Source: Macrostomum hystrix (Eukaryota; Animalia; Platyhelminthes). From it: DNA of 64,000 bases. The translations under genes and the position numbers were made by a program. Positions 23,953 to 34,930 of the stretch are shown in pieces. Position 1 is the stretch's first letter; the number at the start of each line of letters is the position of its first letter. The DNA is taken from assembly GCA_950097015.1 (NCBI GenBank), contig CATNEN010000039.1:5456001-5520000 (forward strand), read 5' to 3'. The notes beneath the pieces were generated by a model. That model saw only the letters and a program-made list of their open reading frames with translations, was not told the origin of the DNA and ran no database searches.

Positions 23953-26900
23953 TTAAAATCTGTCTGTATTCCTAGAAATAGTTCGCCTTAGCCAATCGGA
24001 GAAGGCCGCGACGCGGGTGTACACGCCCGGCCTTCTGGCCGCCCCGCAGCCGTCTCCGTGCGACACCAGACCGATGACAAGCCAAAGGCCGCCCCGCCGC
24101 AGCATCAGCGGCCCGCCTGAGTCGCCGGAGCAGGCGTCGCGCTCTCCAGCCTGCGCAGACAGATACGGTGGAATTACTTGCAGACGGATTGCAAATGAAT
24201 TAGTATATCGATACTGATGATACCCCAGCACAACTGAATTCAACTGTCCAGTTTCTAAGCTGGGTGAACTGAAGCACGGGAAAAAAATTTGATTTCCTAG
24301 GGCCGAGATTCGACCTCTCAGTACAAAGCATGCAGCTCCAATCACTGTGCTAAAATCGTCCAAGTTATTCTCCCATCTCTCACTCACCAAAAATCCAGCG
24401 CAGATGTTCTCAGGGTAGACTGGCCGACCAGTGTCTGAGTAGAGCTGCTTGCACTTCTCGTAGTTCACGAGTGGCAGTCGGGTCTCCATCAGCTGATCCG
24501 AAGTATCGGCATCTTTTGGGATGTAGGTTTTAGAGTCATTGGCTTTTCGTCAAAGTATTAGTTAAATATATGGATAGGCATAATCGTTTTCTTCGTGAAT
24601 TATTAATTACACTCCTACAGATTATTCAAGAATGTACGAGTACATCTGTTCATCCTCCACAGACACGTGGGGAATAATTCATCTGCCCAGAATGTACATC
24701 TATTTAGACACACGTAGGGGATGATTCATCTGCCCAGAATGTACATCTGTTCACACACACGTAGGGGATGATTCATCTTCCCAGAATGTACATCTGTTCA
24801 CACACACGTAGGGAATGATTCATCTGCCCAGAATGTACATCTGTTCACACACACGTAGGGGATGATTCATCTGCCCAGAATGTACATCTGTTCACACACA
24901 CGTAGGGGATGATTCATCAGCCCAGAATGTACATCTGTTCACACACACGTAGGGAATGATTCATCTGCCCAGAATGTACATCTGTTCACACACACGTAGG
25001 GAATGATTCATCTGCCCAGAATGTACATCTGTTCACACACACGTAGGGAATGATTCATCTGCCCAGAATGTACATCTGTTCACACACACGTAGGGGATGA
25101 TTCATCTGCCCAGAATGTACATCTGTCCACGCACACACGCGTGGGGGATGATTCGTCCGCCCAGAATTTACATCTGTTCATCTGTACATAAGCACAATTC
25201 GTTCTGTCAGCTGACCTATCGTTGCTCCCCAGCCGGCGACGCTACCGATGGTCTCCTCGAAGGCCTCGTCGGGCTCCGGCAGGCACAGCGGGTAGGTGAA
25301 CGCCCCAAGGTTTGCAGGCCTGTCCAGCCTGATCAGAGCCACGTCGTTGCTGTAGATGGGCCTGAAGAAGTCCTCGTGCACGATGATGCGACTGGCGTTG
25401 AAATTCTGAAGGCTGGGGTCAGCAGAGCTGGCGTGACCAAGTCGCACAGTAAATGTGCTGCCCGGACTGTGGCAAATTCGTGAGGGATTTCAGAACCTTA
25501 ATGTTACTGGAGATCCTAATTTGATTATACGAGCGTACATCCTAATCAGACTGAATAAGTCAATGCCTATTCCAGTCTCAATTCCAACTCGACTCCTATT
25601 CGCTATTCGAGTCCGAATCCCAGTTCAAGTCCTAATCCCAATTCGAATCCGAATCCCCAAATCGAGTCCAAATCCCATCGCAAAGCTCAGATCAGACTGA
25701 CTCAGCCCAAGCGAAGCAGTGGCCAGCTGTCAGGACCCACTGCGGATGCACCAGCGCCCCGCCGCAGTGCTGAGTTGGCTCCTGCCGAAGACCGCGGCGC
25801 GCCAGAATCTGAGCAAGCCAGGGCCAGCTGCCGAGCGCCGCCGCGTGACCGCCAACCACCAGACCAATGTCGGCCACAACGGTGCGATTGCCGCACGGCG
25901 AGATCGGCTGCCGCTGAATGTCCGGCTCGACCCGCTTGGCCGGCACGCAGCAGTGGTAGCCAGTTGGGCAGTGCAGCCAGGAGAACCAGGCGTCGGCGAA
26001 CGGACATCCATCGCTGCCGGTCTTCACGCACACGCCAGAGAACAGACGCCAGCAGGTCGAGTCCGAAACTGAGTCTGGACACGGAAATGTAGAGTTGCCT
26101 TCGTAGCTAGCAAATAAACTGTCAATTCAGATCCTAATAAGTCCGCAAAGCCAACCAATGTACCAAATAAGCCGACCCAGATCCCAATGAACCCCAGATC
26201 CCAATAAATCCCAGATTCCAATAAATCCCAGATCCCAATAAACCCCAGATCCCAATAAATCCCAGATCCCAATAAATCCCAGATCCCAATAAATCCCAGA
26301 TCCCAATAAATCCCAGATCCCAATAAACCCCAGATCCCAATATACCCCAGATCCCAAAACCCGAAATTCCCATTAAAACCCAAATCTCAATAAACCCCAG
26401 ATCTCAATAAGCTCGAGTTTCTGTTAAAAACCAGATCTGACTTTCTTCTCGGAATTTCCACAGAATAATACCTTCAATCACAGTCCACCTCCGCACTGCA
26501 TAAATTAGTGCTGCGCTGAATTCGGTGCAGCGCAAAGTGCTCCAATGCCAGCTTGTCTGTTTATCGCGTTATGCCAGTAATTAAGAGCGAAAAGTCGAGA
26601 GAATGTTTTGGAAGTTAAGCTTCGTATTCGCCAGGAATATACAATGTCGCTAACTCAACAAGGGCCCAGATTGAATTCGAAAACTTCCAAAAGTCACGAA
26701 ACATATGCATATTGCTGTGAACTTTTGGGCAATGACCGGAGCAGCCAAACATATTCCATATTTACAGCAGAATGGCGCAAAAACAGGGCAAGTGCATGGT
26801 ACAGCGCTTTGACCTCTCGGCTTGAACATAATTCGCACAATTGTTTCGTATTTGCATGCGAGAAGTCGTGGACGCCTCCACAGAGGACCAAGTTGCAAGT

Positions 26901-29900
26901 TGCACTTTTTCTCGAATCGAACAAACACTCTAAAGCTGTTTTTGCGCTTACTTTCCATAATCCGTTGGTGGTGTTCTTAAATGATCAGTTGGTAGTGTTC
27001 TTAAATGATCAGTTGGTAGTGTTCTTAAATGATCAGTTGGTAGTGTTCTTAAATGATCAGTTGGTAGTGTTCTTAAATGATCAGTTGGTAGTGTTCTTAA
27101 ATGATCAGTTGGTAGTGTTCTTAAATGATCAGTTGGTAGTGTTCTTAAATGATCAGTTGGTAGTGTTCTTAAATGATCAGTTGGTAGTGTTCTTAAATGA
27201 TCAGTTGGTAGTGTTCTTAAATGATCAGTTGGTAGTGTTCTTAAATGATCAGTTGGTAGTGTTCTTAAATGATCAGTTGGTAGTGTTCTTAAATGATCAG
27301 TTGGTAGTGTTCTTAAATGATCAGTTGGTAGTGTTCCTAAATGATCAGTTGGTAGTGTTCTTAAATGATCAGTTGGTAGTGTTCTTAAATGATCAGTTGG
27401 TAGTGTTCTTAAATGATCAGTTGGTAGTGTTCTTAAATGATCAGTTGGTAGTGTTCTTAAATGATCAGTTGGTAGTGTTCTTAAATGATCAGTTGGTAGT
27501 GTTCTTAAATGATCAGTTGGTAGTGTTCTTAAATGATCAGTTGGTAGTGTTCTTAAATGATCAGTTGGTAGTGTTCTTAAATGATCAGTTGGTAGTGTTC
27601 TTAAATGATCAGTTGGTAGTGTTCTTAAACGATCCGTTGGTAGTATTCTTAAATGATCAGTTGGTAGTGTTCTTAAATGATCAGTTGGTAGTGTTCTTAA
27701 ATGATCAGTTGGTAGTGTTCTTAAATGATCAGTTGGTAGTGTTCTTAAATGATCAGTTGGTAGTGTTCTTAAATGATCAGTTGGTAGTGTTCTTAAATGA
27801 TCAGTTGGTAGTGTTCTTAAATGATCAGTTGGTAGTGTTCTTAAATGATCAGTTGGTAGTGTTCTTAAATGATCAGTTGGTAGTGTTCTTAAATGATCAG
27901 TTGGTAGTGTTCTTAAATGATCAGTTGGTAGTGTTCTTAAATGATCAGTTGGTAGTGTTCTTAAATGATCAGTTGGTAGTGTTCTTAAATGATCAGTTGG
28001 TAGTGTTCTTAAATGATCAGTTGGTAGTATTCTTAAATGATCAGTTGGTAGTGTTCTTAAATGATCAGTTGGTAGTGTTCTTAAATGATCAGTTGGTAGT
28101 GTTCTTAAATGATCAGTTGGTAGTGTTCTTAAATGATCAGTTGGTAGTGTTCTTAAATGATCAGTTGGTAGTGTTCTTAAATGATCAGTTGGTAGTGTTC
28201 TTAAATGATCAGTTGGTAGTGTTCTTAAATGATCAGTTGGTAGTGTTCTTAAATGATCAGTTGGTAGTGTTCTTAAATGATCAGTTGGTAGTGTTCTTAA
28301 ATGATCAGTTGGTAGTGTTCTTAAATGATCAGTTGGTAGTGTTCTTAAATGATCAGTTGGTAGTGTTCTTAAATGATCAGTTGGTAGTATTCTTAAATGA
28401 TCAGTTGGTAGTGTTCTTAAATGATCAGTTGGTAGTGTTCTTAAATGATCAGTTGGTAGTGTTCTTAAATGATCAGTTGGTAGTGTTCTTAAATGATCAG
28501 TTGGTAGTGTTCTTAAATGATCAGTTGGTAGTGTTCTTAAATGATCAGTTGGTAGTGTTCTTAAATGATCAGTTGGTAGTGTTCTTAAATGATCAGTTGG
28601 TAGTGTTCTTAAATGATCAGTTGGTAGTGTTCTTAAATGATCAGTTGGTAGTGTTCTTAAATGATCAGTTGGTAGTGTTCTTAAATGATCAGTTGGTAGT
28701 GTTCTGAAATGATCAGTTGGTAGTGTTCTTAAATGATCAGTTGGTAGTGTTCTTAAATGATCAGTTGGTAGTGTTCTTAAATGATCAGTTGGTAGTGTTC
28801 TTAAATGATCAGTTGGTAGTGTTCTGAAATGATCAGTTGGTAGTGTTCTTTAAAGATCCGTTGGTAGTGTTCTTAAACGATCCGTTGGTAGTATTCTTAA
28901 ATGATCAGTTGGTAGTGTTCTTAAATGATCAGTTGGTAGTGTTCTTAAATGATCAGTTGGTAGTGTTCTTAAATGATCAGTTGGTAGTGTTCTTAAATGA
29001 TCAGTTGGTAGTGTTCTTAAATGATCAGTTGGTAGTGTTCTTAAATGATCAGTTGGTAGTGTTCTTAAATGATCAGTTGGTAGTGTTCTTAAATGATCAG
29101 TTGGTAGTGTTCTTAAATGATCAGTTGGTAGTGTTCTTAAATGATCCGTTGGTAGTGTTCTTAAACGATCCGTTGGTAGTGTTCTTAAACGATCCGTTGG
29201 TAGTATTCTTAAATGATCAGTTGGTAGTGTTCTTAAATGATCAGTTGGTAGTGTTCTTAAATGATCAGTTGGTAGTGTTCTTAAATGATCAGTTGGTAGT
29301 GTTCTTAAATGATCAGTTGGTAGTGTTCTTAAATGATCAGTTGGTAGTGTTCTTAAATGATCCGTTGGTAGTGTTCTTAAATGATCAGTTGGTAGTGTTC
29401 TTAAATGATCAGTTGGTAGTGTTCTTAAATGATCAGTTGGTAGTGTTCTTAAATGATCAGTTGGTAGTGTTCTGAAATGATCAGTTGGTAGTGTTCTTAA
29501 ATGATCAGTTGGTAGTGTTCTTAAATGATCAGTTGGTAGTGTTCTTAAATGATCAGTTGGTAGTGTTCTTAAATGATCAGTTGGTAGTGTTCTGAAATGA
29601 TCAGTTGGTAGTGTTCTTTAAAGATCCGTTGGTAGTGTTCTTAAACGATCCGTTGGTAGTATTCTTAAATGATCAGTTGGTAGTGTTCTTAAATGATCAG
29701 TTGGTAGTGTTCTTAAATGATCAGTTGGTAGTGTTCTTAAATGATCAGTTGGTAGTGTTCTTAAATGATCAGTTGGTAGTGTTCTTAAATGATCAGTTGG
29801 TAGTGTTCTTAAATGATCAGTTGGTAGTGTTCTTAAATGATCAGTTGGTAGTGTTCTTAAATGATCAGTTGGTAGTGTTCTTAAATGATCAGTTGGTAGT

Positions 29901-32186
29901 GTTCTTAAATGATCCGTTGGTAGTGTTCTTAAACGATCCGTTGGTAGTGTTCTTAAACGATCCGTTGGTAGTATTCTTAAATGATCAGTTGGTAGTGTTC
30001 TTAAATGATCAGTTGGTAGTGTTCTTAAATGATCAGTTGGTAGTGTTCTTAAATGATCAGTTGGTAGTGTTCTTAAATGATCAGTTGGTAGTGTTCTTAA
30101 ATGATCAGTTGGTAGTGTTCTTAAATGATCCGTTGGTAGTGTTCTTAAATGATCAGTTGGTAGTGTTCTTAAATGATCAGTTGGTAGTGTTCTTAAATGA
30201 TCAGTTGGTAGTGTTCTTTAAAGATCCGTTGGTAGTGTTCTTAAACGATCCGTTGGTAGTATTCTTAAATGATCAGTTGGTAGTGTTCTTAAATGATCAG
30301 TTGGTAGTGTTCTTAAATGATCAGTTGGTAGTGTTCTTAAATGATCAGTTGGTAGTGTTCTTAAATGATCAGTTGGTAGTGTTCTTAAATGATCAGTTGG
30401 TAGTGTTCTTAAATGATCAGTTGGTAGTGTTCTTAAATGATCAGTTGGTAGTTTTCTTAAATGATCAGTTGGTAGTGTTCTTAAATGATCAGTTGGTAGT
30501 GTTCTTAAATGATCAGTTGGTAGTGTTCTTAAATGATCAGTTGGTAGTGTTCTTAAATGATCAGTTGGTAGTGTTCTTAAATGATCAGTTGGTAGTGTTC
30601 TTAAATGATCAGTTGGTAGTGTTCTTAAATGATCAGTTGGTAGTGTTCTTAAATGATCAGTTGGTAGTGTTCTTAAATGATCAGTTGGTAGTGTTCTTAA
30701 ATGATCAGTTGGTAGTGTTCTTAAATGATCAGTTGGTAGTGTTCTTAAATGATCAGTTGGTAGTGTTCTTAAATGATCAGTTGGTAGTGTTCTTAAATGA
30801 TCAGTTGGTAGTGTTCTTAAATGATCAGTTGGTAGTGTTCTTAAATGATCAGTTGGTAGTGTTCTTAAATGATCAGTTGGTAGTGTTCTTAAATGATCCG
30901 TTGGTAGTGTTCTTAAACGATCCGTTGATAGTGTTCTTAAACGATCCGTTGGTAGTATTCTTAAATGATCAGTTGGTAGTGTTCTTAAATGATCAGTTGG
31001 TAGTGTTCTTAAATGATCAGTTGGTAGTGTTCTTAAATGATCAGTTGGTAGTGTTCTTAAATGATCAGTTGGTAGTGTTCTTAAATGATCAGTTGGTAGT
31101 GTTCTTAAATGATCCGTTGGTAGTGTTCTTAAATGATCAGTTGGTAGTGTTCTTAAATGATCAGTTGGTAGTGTTCTTAAATGATCAGTTGGTAGTGTTC
31201 TTTAAAGATCCGTTGGTAGTGTTCTTAAACGATCCGTTGGTAGTATTCTTAAATGATCAGTTGGTAGTGTTCTTAAATGATCAGTTGGTAGTGTTCTTAA
31301 ATGATCAGTTGGTAGTGTTCTTAAATGATCAGTTGGTAGTGTTCTTAAATGATCAGTTGGTAGTGTTCTTAAATGATCAGTTGGTAGTGTTCTTAAATGA
31401 TCAGTTGGTAGTGTTCTTAAATGATCAGTTGGTAGTTTTCTTAAATGATCAGTTGGTAGTGTTCTTAAATGATCAGTTGGTAGTGTTCTTAAATGATCAG
31501 TTGGTAGTGTTCTTAAATGATCAGTTGGTAGTGTTCTTAAATGATCAGTTGGTAGTGTTCTTAAATGATCAGTTGGTAGTGTTCTTAAATGATCAGTTGG
31601 TAGTGTTCTGAAATGATCAGTTGGTAGTGTTCTTAAATGATCAGTTGGTAGTGTTCTTAAATGATCAGTTGGTAGTGTTCTTAAATGATCAGTTGGTAGT
31701 GTTCTTAAATGATCAGTTGGTAGTGTTCTTAAATGATCAGTTGGTAGTGTTCTTAAATGATCAGTTGGTAGTGTTCTTAAATGATCAGTTGGTAGTGTTC
31801 TTAAATGATCAGTTGGTAGTGTTCTTAAATGATCAGTTGGTAGTGTTCTTAAACGATCCGTTGGTAGTATTCTTAAATGATCAGTTGGTAGTGTTCTTAA
31901 ATGATCAGTTGGTAGTGTTCTTAAATGATCAGTTGGTAGTGTTCTTAAATGATCAGTTTGTAGTGTTCCTAAATGATCAGTTGGTAGTGTTCTTAAATGA
32001 TCAGTTGGTAGTGTTCTTAAATGATCAGTTGGTAGTGTTCTTAAATGAACTAATCGAAAATGCCCTCATACTGCGTAAAAGCGAATATTGAAACTTGCCC
32101 TTTGGTGTGACAATTGGAGCTGCAACAGCAGTTGCAACCAAAACAAGAGCTAAAAATAGCGTAGATGAAGCCGACAAAAATGACAT
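23953..32186 (-). CDS. Secreted trypsin-like serine protease (peptidase S1A) with a Cys-rich N-terminal region, about 419 aa
   Basis: Well-supported exons: 26098-25702, 25466-25216, 24512-24388, 24150-23953. They carry VVGG...WPW, HCGGALV, catalytic His (LTAGHC), Asp (NDVALIRL), Ser (GDSGGP), the S1-pocket Asp (ERDAC) and PGVYTRV. Tentative upstream exons with compatible phases: 32186-32099 (signal peptide MSFLSASSTLFLALVLVATAVAAP), 26929-26814 and 26556-26472. Confidence 0.88.
24640..25185. repeat. 47-bp minisatellite (about 11 copies) in a protease intron
   Basis: Unit ATGATTCATCTGCCCAGAATGTACATCTGTTCACACACACGTAGGGG. Confidence 0.94.
26177..26410. repeat. 17-bp intronic repeat
   Basis: Unit AGATCCCAATAAATCCC. 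Confidence 0.9.
26958..32048. repeat. 24-bp satellite, about 212 highly homogeneous copies (5.1 kb)
   Basis: Unit GATCAGTTGGTAGTGTTCTTAAAT. Diagnostic variant blocks begin at 28851, 29619, 30219 and 31203. Confidence 0.98.
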
Positions 32187-32495
32187 AACAATGTGCTCGC
32201 AATCACGAAACTTGTTTTGCTGTAGACTTTTGTGTGTGCAGGTCAGTTGCTCTCAATATTGTGGCTTGCATTAATTTCAGTTTTATTTACTAAGTCGTTC
32301 TAATTCGTTTCGGCCTTTTAATGCTGAAATAAAATTTGCACCCTGTTCAAATGACTGACTATCCATTATCAGACAGGAGCCCTAATGATAGATAAGATAA
32401 AAGCCGTGTTATCAAGTCAACTGACCAAGATGCACGTACCCGCGTGATTATAACAAACTACTGATCAGGCTACGAGTCCTAGCTAGAAAGCTGTC

Positions 32496-32845
32496 GGCTA
32501 CTGGTAGCCTAAGTGTTTAAGAGCTTCGGACTTCTGACTGAGAGGTCGGGAGTTCGTATCGCAGCCCAAGGAAGCCAATATGTGTCTTTGAGCAAGACAA
32601 TCCTTGAGCAATGCTTGAGCAATGAGTTGCTTCAGCTCATCCAGCTGTAGAATGGTACACCAGAATCAGCGGAGGAGGAAATTTGGGTGGGCATGGCAGG
32701 GAGACGGCCTCCCCTGTCCACGGACAGAACAGCTGTACATAGCCTCTGGATTCTGGTTGCAAGCGCTATCGCTGCAGATGTACCACTGCCTGTACATCTG
32801 GCCCTACTGGGCTTGGCTATCTAAACTACAGCTACATTATTTATA
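32496..32845 (+). mobile_element. tRNA-derived SINE with a CORE-like central domain (family B)
   Basis: A-box-like GGTAGCCTAAGTG and B-box-like GGAGTTCGTATCG in tRNA-like spacing. These are followed by TGTGTCTTTGAGCAAGACA...CAGCTGTAGAATGGTAC, which resembles the CORE-SINE central domain as I recall it. Partial copies at 61900-62000 and 63346-63460. Confidence 0.75.
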
Positions 32846-34494
32846 GCAAAGAAAAAACAAAAAATATGTGTTTTTGTGGGCTACTAAAATAGTAAGAGAA
32901 TTTAACTTGTTTTCCATTCTAGACGCCGTACAATGCGTAATATTCTAACAAGTTTGAACTTTAATTACGTACTAAAAAAACAAGGAGCTTTCACATGCGG
33001 GCAGAATAACAAGTTTCTAACTTAAAAAGCGCGATTTTCTCTAGCAGAGATATATGTTTTTTAAGTGCTAAGAGGGGGGAAAACACACAACAAGTTCGTC
33101 AACACCCGAGTGAGCTCAGGAACTGCAGCGATTTTCCAGCTCTAGAAAAAATAACAAGTCTTTCCATTGGAACCCTTCGAGTCGGTGTTTACGCTGCTTG
33201 ACTATCAAGCCGGGGACACGGCAGTGGAGGAGAGGGTGCTGCACAGGAGGGTTCTTCGCTCTTTCAGTTTATAGTACACGCACACGAATAAAAGCGGCAC
33301 TGTTACCCCTCTGCACAAACACAGCAGCTGCAGCTGCAGCAGCGGCGGCAGCGGAGGATTGGGTTGGGCTGGCGTACAGCTCTGACAAGCTGACCTCGGA
33401 TGTCGCTCTCAGGCGGGGGGCGGGTCAGGCGCCCCACTCTTCCTCCGCCAGTCCATAATAATAATAGGCTGGTGTAAACAGCCCAGAGTGGGGTGGGTCA
33501 GGTTTGGACTGTTCGTGCGCTACTGCCTCTCAATCTATCTCATTTTTAAACACCCATACATTCTATAATAGCTTAAAATAGCTTCATGTGTTTACGGGGT
33601 CGCACTGCCGGATTTCTGTGTCCGAGACTGAGCACTGAGCAGAGAGCAGAGCAGCACTGCTCAGTCAGTTCAGAGGAACCTGTTTTTATAGGGCTTTGCA
33701 TTTGCATTAATTTGTTTTTGATTTGGCAACTGGGGATAAATCTATTAGGGCTTAGCTTGAAAAGTAAACACTAATTTAGAGTAGGGGAAATATTTGTCGC
33801 GAACAAACTGCTGACAACAGTTCTAAAGGACTCAAGAAACTTTATTTAGTATCTAAAAGTACACAAGCTAAACGTTTAGGAAATTTATATTGCATGGTCA
33901 AAGGCTGTATTGTCTTCGTTTTCTTATTATAAAAGCATTAGGACAGACAGCAATAAGGTCTAGAAGCCACAAAAGCAATAAACATCTGAAGATAAAAGTA
34001 CATCGACTTATTTTTGTTGCTTCATCATCTGATGCGTAGACAGACTACTGGAGGGGTATTTGGCTGGCCAGAGTTTCACTCAGTAAGGAAAAGTACAGTC
34101 CACCAATCGCCACGATAGTGAAGTATTGGGGTGTGCTGCTTAACTAGTAGCCTTGTGGGCTCAAATTGGAACGAACGAGGCACTTAAATTGTAGCAAGAT
34201 TGAAAATATATGCTCTGTAGTAACACAAGCAACGGCTTTTTAATTAAATTCAACCCAGCGCCGCGTCAGCTGGCGCAACAATAGACAACAAACGTAGACA
34301 TGGAGAGCCCAGCTGTCCCGACGATAAACAATTCGTCTATTGGACCGAGCATACTGCTTTTTGGCGAAGCAAATCAGCATCAGGTGTGTAATAAAATTAT
34401 TAAAATATACTGGCTTCTTCTGGCCATCACAGATCTGTGTGTAGGGTGCATTCCGCGGCCCCTGGCCAACCCCAACCGCTGCACGGGAGGGAAA

Positions 34495-34665
34495 AAATTG
34501 GCCAATGGGCGACGTCCACGGGGTGGGTTTCGGGTGTGAGGTGAGGGGCCGAGGTTTTATTAAAAGTCCGCCCGGCCCTTCTTTATTTTCAGTGCATCGG
34601 CCCACCCCAAAGCCCTGAGCGCGGCCCGCTATAAAGGCGTTTCTTTTCTCAGTCGAACGAGATCT
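34495..34665 (+). promoter_or_regulatory. Putative Pol II core promoter of the NR0B-like gene
   Basis: CCAAT (about 34502), a GC-box-like CCGCCC (about 34568) and TATAAAA at 34630-34636, followed by a pyrimidine-rich Inr-like stretch about 300 bp upstream of the ATG at 34931. Confidence 0.6.
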
Positions 34666-34930
34666 CTATTTTCTTCTCTCTCTTGCCCTCTCCTTCTGCA
34701 CGGACCGCGTTGGGGCATAAAAATAGCCCACACAGCAGAGCCGAGGAAAATTTGTTTTTAGCCAGAGCCAGCCAGCCCACACAGTTTACTCATCGTTTTG
34801 CACTCAATCTAATTTTGTATTTTTCCTTGCTTAGCGCTTCGCTAGAAAGGAGCTAAACACTGAGCTCGGCTATTTCCTGCTTTGACCTTCTTGAGATCAC
34901 TCTTCTTGAGAATCATCTGATCTAGCCGAC

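Noticed and set aside
26608-32091. ORFs of (NDQLVVFL)n up to 699 aa
   Set aside because: In-frame 24-bp satellite lying antisense within the inferred protease intron, with sporadic stops and no sign of codon-level selection.
32496-32570. Functional tRNA gene
   Set aside because: The A and B boxes are degenerate, there is no convincing acceptor stem, and the sequence continues into a SINE body found elsewhere in the window.
33880-33900. Spliced-leader RNA gene (AATTTATATTGCATGGT resembles a flatworm SL 3' end)
   Set aside because: Only a short AT-rich match, with no recognisable upstream leader or downstream Sm-site stem-loops.
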